NCBI GenBank assembly: GCA_964019425.1
Contig: OZ025802.1
Span: forward strand, 496,001-560,000
Source: Flectonema sp. DT1601
Taxonomy: Eukaryota
DNA length: 64,000 nt
Direction of reading: 5' to 3'
The notes under the pieces were generated by a model. The model had not been told where the DNA came from and searched no databases. It saw nothing but the letters and a program-made list of their open reading frames with translations. A program made the position numbers and the translations under genes. Numbering within the stretch: position 1 is the stretch's first letter; the number at the start of each line of letters is the position of its first letter. Below are positions 1 through 9,116 of the stretch, piece after piece.

Positions 1-1733
1 TCAGCTCCTTCATTCACAGCCTTCCGCAATGCACTCCACTCGTATGTCTCTTCCTTATTGACACTGTTTCTGGCTCTGTAGCTGTCTCCTTCACATTTCA
101 TAATTATTTTCATCGGCTGTAGTTTTCTGTTGAAGGCGTTTCGAGCATTTCTTTCTGTTAAAATAGTTCGAAATTTTTCAGAAAATGAATCGACGATAAG
201 AGTGATCTGATTCCTAGATTCCACTTCCTGCCTACCTTGTAAATGTCTTGAGTACTCTTCATCAGCAAACAGTGGTGATGTGTAGTCACGATTTAGCAGT
301 TGTTGCAGAGGTCGGATTCTACCGAAAGTAGATCGACGACGAACATTCAAACCAACCTTCGATTCGAGACGTTTAACTGGTGGAGTTGGTGAAATCTCAA
401 AAGAAAAACATTGATGTACTGGTGGTAGCGGTAATGGTGTCTCATCTGTTCCGTTTAATATACTTTGCCTTAGTCTGCTTACTTTCTTTTCATTTGCAGA
501 AAGCCAACTTTGCATTCGCTGTTCTCGATCTGTAAACACAGCATTCGCTTTTAAAAGCATCGATGGTTGTAAGTGAGTCGTCCCAACTGCTGAAAGTAAT
601 TCTCGTTGAGAATTCTCAACGTATCCAGTCTGTTGTTTTCTTGCTTCTCTAAATCGAAGTTCTCTGGCTACCCGAAGGCTGTTTGATAGAATAATTCTTC
701 TAACAGCTTTATTAAATATTCCTTTGAGGTATTGTAACCACCAACATGAAATCTTTTCAACCGAAACTGCTGCATTTGGTAACGCAAGCATCACTTCTAA
801 TGAGGCTTTGTATGCGTAGTCTGATAGGCAGAGCTGGGCTAGCTGTTCAATTTGAATTCGAACCTTGAATTCATTTTTCACAACCTTACTGACTGCTTTC
901 ACAAAGCGAAAGTTGGCGGATTCGAACTGGCGCTGCTCTATCATAATTATAAAGCTTTTGTCGAAGTATTTTATTATTTTATTTCTCTCGGTCTGTTCTC
1001 GTTGTTTGAAAGCTCCTCTTTTCGATATCTTCAGTTCCTCTACGTCGTGTTGCTGTGCTACGATAAGCTCGTCTTCTACTAGCTGTCGAATACTTTTAAC
1101 TTTTTCAATTTTTTGCCGAGCCTTTTGCTGCCTTCGTTGATATACTTCATTTCTAAGAGCTTTGAGACCATATTTTCCAGATCTTGAATTTTGATACCAC
1201 CTCCATATAGACGTACCACTTCTTAACTCACGTGTAGTATACTGACGAACGATTCGAGGAGTTGAACGTTTTTGACGAGTTTGAAATTGATCTATAAGGC
1301 AAGCCCATTCTCTGGATTCATTCATTAAAGTCTGTTCCCATATAGTAGTAAATTGCCGAAGGTGTATTCGACGTTGTCTTGTGTGTGACATCGTGCTAGT
1401 TGTATTCCAACCGAGTGTGACCATCGGAGCAACGTCGTCAACTTTTGTTGATATCATTGGAATTTGATTTCCAGTTAAGAGTACTTTTTGTCTTCCAGTT
1501 ATCGAAGGCTTAGAAACTCTTCCAATTGGAGGATTCTTCACAGGTTGTGATGATCTTCTATTTTCTAAACTCGATGTAGTTGAAACATCACTAAGTCGGT
1601 GATCAGTAGAATTCCTACCTTGATATATAATTGGAGGATGGGAAACAACACTAGAAACACTCAAAACAGAATTACTTCTATGAGACGGAGAATCCCCTTC
1701 AACCGCTATAATAAAATTCTCGAAAGACAACAT
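1..1733 (-). CDS. Hypothetical protein, 3'-truncated by the window edge (>=577 aa)
   Basis: Manual translation from ATG at 1733 (MLSFENFIIAVEGDSPSH...) is stop-free to base 1. It is absent from the ORF track because its stop lies outside the window. No family recognised. Confidence 0.75.
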   Translation of the reverse strand, partial: MLSFENFIIAVEGDSPSHRSNSVLSVSSVVSHPPIIYQGRNSTDHRLSDVSTTSSLENRRSSQPVKNPPIGRVSKPSITGRQKVLLTGNQIPMISTKVDDVAPMVTLGWNTTSTMSHTRQRRIHLRQFTTIWEQTLMNESREWACLIDQFQTRQKRSTPRIVRQYTTRELRSGTSIWRWYQNSRSGKYGLKALRNEVYQRRQQKARQKIEKVKSIRQLVEDELIVAQQHDVEELKISKRGAFKQREQTERNKIIKYFDKSFIIMIEQRQFESANFRFVKAVSKVVKNEFKVRIQIEQLAQLCLSDYAYKASLEVMLALPNAAVSVEKISCWWLQYLKGIFNKAVRRIILSNSLRVARELRFREARKQQTGYVENSQRELLSAVGTTHLQPSMLLKANAVFTDREQRMQSWLSANEKKVSRLRQSILNGTDETPLPLPPVHQCFSFEISPTPPVKRLESKVGLNVRRRSTFGRIRPLQQLLNRDYTSPLFADEEYSRHLQGRQEVESRNQITLIVDSFSEKFRTILTERNARNAFNRKLQPMKIIMKCEGDSYRARNSVNKEETYEWSALRKAVNEGA

Positions 1734-2205
1734 ATTAATATATAGATACTGATTAATAATAAGAAAGTCAACTAGCAGTTCAGATATTTATTAAAAGGTC
1801 ACACAGACAGCATTCATATTGAAGATCTGTGTTGAGGGAAATTTATAATAAATTAGCAAACTAAGTTCTGTCATTCTCGGATAAGAAACAGGTGAGGAAG
1901 TAATTCAAAAGAAAGGTCAACCAGTACAACCTCAGCAGAAAGTAACTAAAAACTTATAAATACACAAAATGATATTCACAGCAGTAGAGTTAGCAGCTGA
2001 TGAGATTGACGGTCAATATTTCTTCTGCGACATTTCTATTTTAGTTTTTCAGATGATTTGAGAAAGACCTCTCGTTTGAGAGTTCTTTTTCGAACGTTTT
2101 TTCTTCTTTTTTCGTTTTCATTTTCGTTCACACAACTGTCGAAGCCTGCAAGGCATCAGCACGTTGTTATTTTCAGAAGGGAAATAATTCACTGCTTCAG
2201 TTCAC

Positions 2206-2690
2206 ACCACTTCTGACTCCGTGGGTAGCGGATTCCTAAGTAGTTGGGTTCAGTTTGGTATCACCACCAAGGGACTTCTTTGGTTAAGAAGTGTGGTGGT
2301 CGGTTTATTGATTTCTCTGTTCCATTCAAAATATTAAAATGCTTTTTATTTAAAATAAAAAAAACCTGCAACAAAAGACGAAATCGATGTAGGACCTCAT
2401 CCAAACAGGCGTACGTTTTGATGACAAAAGGTGCGAAGTTGCAGAGTAAAAGCATTCTCACCAAACAGACAAAACAAGCTTTAAGTACGTTCCCTTGGTC
2501 AAGGAGCTCGTATTATCTACTTGCTATCCCGTTGGTTGTGATGAGAGTGTTCACAAGGCTGACTTCACTTTATTAAATTAATCAATACCACTTCAGTCTC
2601 CATGGTCAGTGGATACTTAGTGGTTGGTTATTTTGGAGGGTTTCACCGCCAAGGCGCTTCTTTGGTGAAGAATTGCAGGCAGTTGGTTTT
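2206..2690 (-). repeat. Two diverged ~100-bp direct repeats (2206-2306, 2587-2689), possible decayed non-LTR retroelement relic
   Basis: tcaccaccaagggacttctttggttaagaa vs tcaccgccaaggcgcttctttggtgaagaa, plus shared accacttc. Frameshifted minus-strand peptides (NYLGIRY, LGGETLQ, VLKACFVCLVR) loosely resemble the non-LTR RT YLG/thumb region. Confidence 0.35.
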
Positions 2691-3046
2691 GCAGAAGTTG
2701 TTTGAAAAAGGGGGATGAGGAAGTGAAGGAAGCCATCAGAGAAACGACAGAAGTTAGATCGTAAGGTGAGGGGGGTCTTTATTTTGTGTTCATTAGTAAG
2801 TCTGCGTGAAGAAGACTTTTGTAACAAACTCAAGTCACCTCCCCTCAGACAAGAGAAGATAAGAAAATGAAAGAAAAAAACAAACAAAGAAATATTCCAT
2901 TCCTCAATCTCATGTCTCAACAACTTTTAAAGAATTGATAATAAATAGTTTTGAGATTATATCAAAAGAGGAATCCTCACGAGGAGGTTTTGTTTTGAAT
3001 AAAATAAAAAGAACAACATCAGTCCTCACTACTACTGAAGACAGTT

Positions 3047-5323
3047 TCAAGGAATTGATACTTCCTCGCGAAGAATCTTAGCAGCGGCTACCATGTTCTT
3101 AAGACTTGGGACAACTTCTTCCCACTTCCTGGTCTTCAAACCGCAGTCCGGGTTCACCCAAATACGGTCCAGGGGAAGGCCGCTTTGAACTAATTTCCGA
3201 ACCTGACCGATGAGCTGTTCTTTCGTTGGAATGACAGGCGAGTGAATGTCGTAAACACCTGGACCGATGTCTCGATTGTATCCAAACCCTGAAAGGGCAT
3301 CCAGCATTTCATTACCACTACGAGAGTTCTCAATGGTCAAGACATCAGCATCCATCTCATCAATCTTGTTAATGATATCTTCAAAAGTTGAATAACACAT
3401 GTGAGTTACTATTTGAGTGCTCGGCTTTGCTACTGCAGTCGAGAGTCGGAAAGCCTTCACCGCCCACGACATGTACTCCGCCGCCTCCTCGTCCTTCAGC
3501 GGCATCCTCTCACGAAGCGCCGCCTCATCGACTTGAATCACTTGGCACCCTGCTGACTCAAGGTCAGCTACTTCTTCCCGGATTGCGAGAGCGACTTCCA
3601 ACGCCTGCTTCCAGCGGGGAGTGTCCACACGGCAAAACGACCAGTTTAGAATGGTAACAGGTCCCGTCAACATTCCTTTAACAGGTCTGTCACTAAGCTC
3701 TTGCGATACTTTAAATTCCCTCACAGTCATTGGTTCCTTCCTCGACACAGTTCCGCAGATGATTGGCGGCCGTACGTAACGTGAACCGTAAGATTGCACC
3801 CAGCCATGGTTAGTAAATGCGAACCCTTCGAGTCTCTGTCCGAAGTGTTCTACCATGTCACTTCTTTCTGGTTCACCGTGTACGAAGATGTCGAGTCCTA
3901 TTTCAGTCTGAATTTCGATATTCTTCTTCAGTTCCGCGTCAATCACTACTCGGTAGTCGGCTTCACTCAACTTCTTCTGTTTCCAAGCGAGACGGCTGCG
4001 TCTCAGCTCAGGTGTCTGTGGGAAGGATCCGATAGTGGTGGTAGGGAAACGGGGGACTGCTACCTGCTTCTCCCTTCTCGCGATGAACGCCTCTGAACGT
4101 GAGAACATGTCCGCCGTCACCGTCACGTCTCCGACCTTCGTCGCCTTTGATATGTCGTCTGCGCCGGAAGTGTTGTCCTCCCCAACCCACAAGTACTCAT
4201 CATTTCCCAAACAATTCGTAGCATTGGCAGCCAGAGCAACTAACACATCTAACTTCTGAACAGCAAACGCCAGCTTCTCGCGAACATCAGAAGGCAGGTC
4301 CTTCTCTAATGAAAGATCGTAAGGAATGAACTGTAGTGAACATGATGGAGACACTACAACGTTGTCACCGACCACCTTCTGAATCCGAGCCAACAACTTC
4401 GCAGAGCTCTCCGAACTCCTCCAAACATTGCGACCGTCAACGATACCTGCCCCCAACTGTTTACATGAAGGGAAACCTTCACTCTCAAGGGTACTTAACA
4501 TTGATGAACCTCTACAGAAGTCGAGAGTAATTCTTTCAACATCAAGGCTGACGATATATTTATACACATCAACGTGCAACGAGTCGAAGTGGATGCAAAG
4601 GTTGACCGAAACACCAGACCTCGAACGAGTCAGAATGGACCCTTTTCCGTAGAGTAGCTCCGCAACGTCCTTCAGGTCCACCGCTTCGGATTTGACGAAC
4701 CACGGCTCGTGGAATTGAATTTCTGGAACACCAACTTGCTGAAGTTCTTTAATCAACTGTTCATAACACGGAAGGAGTTTTATTAAAAGCTCTCTGCTTG
4801 ACAAGTTGCCGCACGGCTTACATAACTTTGAGAGTGTCAGAGGACCGATTACGATAGGAACAGCTTTCTCTTTACCGACAGTCTGCTGCGCTAATTTGAT
4901 CTGACGAATGTACTCTTTGAAGTCAGCTGTTGGTGATACATCTGTTGGTACTTCAGGTACCATGTAGTGGTAATTAGAGTCGAAGAACTTCGTCATGTCG
5001 AGGGCGTGAATTCCATCTTTTCCTCTGGCTTGTGTGAAGTAAGAGTCGAGTCCAGTCAGTCCTGCTGACTTCACACGAGAACAGGTCAAACCGAATCTCT
5101 CTGACCAATCTAAAATATGATCATAAAGAGTGTGGTCTCCAACTCCAATGAAATCAACTCCTCGAGAGAGCTGCTCTTCGTAACTTTTAACTGCAATCGA
5201 GTCGCTCGTTGAAAGGAGTTCATCAGAACTAATTCCTCCACTCCAATACTTCTCAAGGGAAGTCTTCATCTCTCTCTTCGGTCCTGTACGAGGGAATCCT
5301 AAGGTGCTGGTTTTCAAAGACAT
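3047..5323 (-). CDS. metE: Cobalamin-independent methionine synthase
   Basis: 758 aa. N-terminal LGFPRTGPKRE; TKFFDSNYHY; PTTTIGSFPQT; HGEPERSDMVEHF; Zn ligands THMCYS and WVNPDCGLKTR. Confidence 0.97.
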   Translation of the reverse strand: MSLKTSTLGFPRTGPKREMKTSLEKYWSGGISSDELLSTSDSIAVKSYEEQLSRGVDFIGVGDHTLYDHILDWSERFGLTCSRVKSAGLTGLDSYFTQARGKDGIHALDMTKFFDSNYHYMVPEVPTDVSPTADFKEYIRQIKLAQQTVGKEKAVPIVIGPLTLSKLCKPCGNLSSRELLIKLLPCYEQLIKELQQVGVPEIQFHEPWFVKSEAVDLKDVAELLYGKGSILTRSRSGVSVNLCIHFDSLHVDVYKYIVSLDVERITLDFCRGSSMLSTLESEGFPSCKQLGAGIVDGRNVWRSSESSAKLLARIQKVVGDNVVVSPSCSLQFIPYDLSLEKDLPSDVREKLAFAVQKLDVLVALAANATNCLGNDEYLWVGEDNTSGADDISKATKVGDVTVTADMFSRSEAFIARREKQVAVPRFPTTTIGSFPQTPELRRSRLAWKQKKLSEADYRVVIDAELKKNIEIQTEIGLDIFVHGEPERSDMVEHFGQRLEGFAFTNHGWVQSYGSRYVRPPIICGTVSRKEPMTVREFKVSQELSDRPVKGMLTGPVTILNWSFCRVDTPRWKQALEVALAIREEVADLESAGCQVIQVDEAALRERMPLKDEEAAEYMSWAVKAFRLSTAVAKPSTQIVTHMCYSTFEDIINKIDEMDADVLTIENSRSGNEMLDALSGFGYNRDIGPGVYDIHSPVIPTKEQLIGQVRKLVQSGLPLDRIWVNPDCGLKTRKWEEVVPSLKNMVAAAKILREEVSIP

Positions 5324-5422
5324 TTCGGTAGTTGGAAGTAATTTAAACTAATTGGAGATGGAAGATGAGAATATTACTACTGCGGGTATTAAAGAAAAAA
5401 TAAAAAACAACAAATTATTGCA

Positions 5423-5465
5423 TCCTTGAAACAAGCATATGACTACTGGCAGGATCAACCAGGTT
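5423..5465 (-). pseudogene. Isolated fragment of the 18S rRNA 5' end (first ~43 nt)
   Basis: Minus strand reads AACCTGGTTGATCCTGCCAGTAGTCATATGCTTGTTTCAAGGA, the conserved eukaryotic SSU rRNA start, and similarity then stops. Confidence 0.9.
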
Positions 5466-5790
5466 TCTTGTTACTCTAACCAACAGGGAGTACCCGAAAG
5501 TACGGATGCTGGTTTTCAAGGCATATTTTTATATTAATTAACCTGTCTAAATAATTATTATTATTGTCGAGAGGTGGTCTAGGCACCACAACACTCCTCC
5601 AGATGTTTTTGCGTGATTCAGAAATTCGCTATTAAATTAGTGTTAAGTATCTGATCGCTATCGATCGTCCAGCGATGACTTGTACGAATACAACGCTCAG
5701 ATAGCGTTGGTTAATAACATGCGACGCTTAACTCAGATAATCAGAGTGAGTAAGCTGTAGAACTATAGCCAGTAAGTTAAGTTAATGTAC

Positions 5791-6379
5791 TCAGGCTAGT
5801 TGTCCACATCTCGCTAAGACGATCGATTTCGATGTCTTTCCGCTTTCACTTCCAAACGACTCACACTTTTGAACGACATCCATTCCCTCAATAACTTTAC
5901 CAAACACAACGTGCTTACCATCTAACCAAGGTGTTGCTGCACATGTTAAGAAGAATTGAGATCCGTTTGTATTTGGACCAGAATTAGCCATCGACAGAAG
6001 TCCAGCACCGAGATGCTTGTTGCGGAAGTTCTCATCAGCGAATTTCTCTCCGTATATAGATTTTCCTCCTGTTGTTGTTTGTGTACAATAAAACAATAAA
6101 AACTTTTTGATTACGACCATATGCCCAGTAATAGAATAGCAAAAAAAAAAAAACCAAACCTGTTCCATTGTGAGCAGTAAAGTCTCCTCCCTGACACATA
6201 AAGTTCGGAATCACACGATGAAAGGTTGAGTTCAAGTACCCAAATCCCTTCTCGCCAGTACAAAGACATCTGAAATTTTCAGCAGTTTTCGGTGTCGAGT
6301 CAGCCCACAACTCCATAGTTATCCTACCACATGAAGAACCGTCAATGGTCATGTCGAAAAATACGATCGGGTTAGTCAT
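5791..6379 (-). CDS. Cyclophilin A-type PPIase; exons 6160-6379 and 5791-6068
   Basis: [31 protein letters not shown] and [20 protein letters not shown] intron at 6069-6159 restores [11 protein letters not shown]. Confidence 0.97.
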
Positions 6380-6486
6380 ATTGTTTGTTATCTAATTTTA
6401 TTAATAATATTTAGTATTGCTTTTATTAAAGAAAAAAGAAAAATCTCTGAGTTCAGATCAGATCGAATCAGCGAAGTCAAAAAAAA

Positions 6487-7887
6487 CTACAGCTGCACTC
6501 TTTCTAGAGGATTATCACCATGGCATAGTAGCTGTCTGGCAGTTCGCAATAAATAAAAAGAACCAGACACTACTAACGCAGTTCTCGGTCCAACAGATGT
6601 CTTTGCCAGTTTTGCTGCTGCTGATATCGTTGGAAATGAATGAATATTTGATTTTGAAATTCCGGCAGCAACAAGTTTATCAGTAAAGTCAGAATGTGAA
6701 AATGCTCTCTTCGATTCAACCGCAGTTGGAATGAAGACCGTTTGAACTTTGTTTGCTAAACTCGCATATGATTTAATTAAAGAAGGAATGTCTTTATCGG
6801 AGAGTAAGGCTAACATTAGAACTAACTGAGACACTCTACCGCTAGAAACTAACTTTTCTAGTGAATCGCACAGGGATTGAACTGCAGCTGGATTGTGAGC
6901 ACCATCAAGAATAATAAAACCTTCTCCTTTAGGTTCACAAGGTAGAGAATACGATTCTAGTCTGCCTTGAGTCATTACTGAGGTTGATATTTCCTTCAGT
7001 AGTTGTGGTGTTGCTAGTTGCTCAGTAGTTGTAATCCGACTGTCTGCAATCACACGAACGACTCTTTCAGCGATCCCTAAGTTCTCAGTAACTGGAAAGG
7101 TTTGTCCTTCAACTTGAATCTCTCCAACTTCTTCAAAGGAAACATTCCTTTCATTTGAAATCTGTTTTATTACTTCTTTTGCATCTTTATTTTGATTCTC
7201 ACTAAACACTACCAACTGACTACCAGATTTTATGATCCCACTCTTCTCAGTTGCGATGTCTCGTTCAGTTTTTCCTAATATCCCAATATGATCCAATGAT
7301 ATACTTGTTAAGACACAAACAGTTGGAGGTGGTACTATGTTGGTGCTGTCAAGACGACCTCCCAATCCAACTTCTAAAATAAAACAATCAATTTGTCCTT
7401 TTGAATACAATAATTCAACTGCTTTAAATGCGACAGCAGTCAGAACTTCAAACTGTGAAGGAGGTGGTGTATCTTCTATGGAGGTCAGAGCGTTTACTCG
7501 AAGTAGTTCATCATAATGATGTGGTAGCGGTGTTGAGTCTGGTTCTGTGTTTCCTTCTAATGCTTCTTTTACATGAGATACCGCAATGCAATAAATATCC
7601 GTCGGTATTACATTACAATTTAGTAGTAGAGATTCATGATATCCTGGAGGTGGTACTGGTGATACAAATGCTGCACATCTAAGTCCACAACTATTCATCA
7701 TGTGTGAGGTATACGCTACGACACTTCCTTTACCGTTAGTTCCAGTCACGTGTACTGTTGGTGGTAGTCTCATGTGAGGATCACCACATTTCCGTAACAA
7801 ACCCGCAATCGGATTTAGGGTGAAATCTCCACTTCCTGTGAACATTGGTAGGCTGTCTAGGTATTCATTACTCTCTTTTAAATTCAT
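6487..7887 (-). CDS. folC: Folylpolyglutamate synthase / dihydrofolate synthase
   Basis: P-loop HVTGTNGKGS; EVGLGGRLDSTN; LDHIGILG; EKSGIIK; DGAHN; GSFYL. Confidence 0.93.
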   Translation of the reverse strand: MNLKESNEYLDSLPMFTGSGDFTLNPIAGLLRKCGDPHMRLPPTVHVTGTNGKGSVVAYTSHMMNSCGLRCAAFVSPVPPPGYHESLLLNCNVIPTDIYCIAVSHVKEALEGNTEPDSTPLPHHYDELLRVNALTSIEDTPPPSQFEVLTAVAFKAVELLYSKGQIDCFILEVGLGGRLDSTNIVPPPTVCVLTSISLDHIGILGKTERDIATEKSGIIKSGSQLVVFSENQNKDAKEVIKQISNERNVSFEEVGEIQVEGQTFPVTENLGIAERVVRVIADSRITTTEQLATPQLLKEISTSVMTQGRLESYSLPCEPKGEGFIILDGAHNPAAVQSLCDSLEKLVSSGRVSQLVLMLALLSDKDIPSLIKSYASLANKVQTVFIPTAVESKRAFSHSDFTDKLVAAGISKSNIHSFPTISAAAKLAKTSVGPRTALVVSGSFYLLRTARQLLCHGDNPLERVQL

Positions 7888-8590
7888 TTTTTTTTTTTTT
7901 TTTTTTTTTTTTGAATATTTTTCTGTGCCCAGAAATATAACCTAAAACATTATGTTGTTAGCTGTGAAAGAAAAAAAAAGAGTTTTTTAAAGAGGAGGAT
8001 ACTCTTTTGAATATCCATTGCTATTTTGTGCAAACGAAACCCAACTAAATCCGCAAGTGATACAACAGATGAATATCGTAACAAGGACAAAGAAAAACAG
8101 GGGCACTCTCTGATATTAAATATTTCTGAAACCACCACCAACATCAAACAAAAATACCAGTTTAGGTAAGTCACCTTTTTTTTTTTTTTTTTTTTTGTAT
8201 GAAAAGTTTGTGGATTCAGAAACTGTATTAGGAATCAGTAGTTATTCCCAAGAGCAAGGAGGTTATTTATTTTTGTTCTATTTTTTTTTTTTTTTTTTTT
8301 TTTTTCAATCAACTCTGCATTCAGAAACATAAGACCAAAAACATAAGACCATCATATTACTTACTTACGTGTGTCTTGAATACGATAATTGTAATATGAA
8401 AAGATTAAAGTGTCACTTTATGATCTCGCAACTAGCAATCAGTTGTGGGGTTGGCAAATGGGATAATTCCTCGCTGTATATATTCGTGATGTCGTCGATT
8501 GGACAAGTGGGACGACTTTAGAAACAACAACAACAACAACAACAAAAAAAAGAATCAATGATTGAGCGAAAAACAGGAAAAGTATTTTTT

Positions 8591-9084
8591 TTATACATCC
8601 GCAGCGATGCTTTCTTCTATTTGAGTGTCTTCCATTTCTTCCTCCTCAGGAATGACTGGAACTTCAAGTGCGCCATCCATGTGAATATCAGACGTGTCAT
8701 CGACATGTTTGGAAAGTTTTCTTTTCCTGGATTCACGAAACACCAAAAAACACAAAAAACAACAACAAATTATCGATAAAATAATAACACCAATTGCCCA
8801 TGTTGCTATTTTATCATCGTCATTCGAGGGAGGGACAGGATCTTCGTATTTTATAAAGTCTATATCATAAACCTCTGATTCTGGTGTTACCATAACTAAC
8901 AACCAGTCATATGATCTTCTGACGTCAGTGCTTGAGTCAAGTAGTCTTCTGTAGTCAATTAGTATTTTATTTTCACTATCACCATCAACGTCGACCTTAA
9001 CGGATCTCACTTCGTCAACATTCCAGGATGAATTCTTCTTCATCAACGTCTCTGCTGCTATTGAAACTAATTTATTGCTCGACT

Positions 9085-9116
<32 letters not shown>

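Noticed and set aside
5423..5465. Functional 18S rRNA gene
   Set aside because: Similarity ends after ~43 nt and runs into the metE pyrimidine tract.
5324..5560. Cobalamin or SAM riboswitch upstream of metE
   Set aside because: No B12-box or SAM consensus recognised; the conserved-looking stretch is explained by 18S rRNA sequence.
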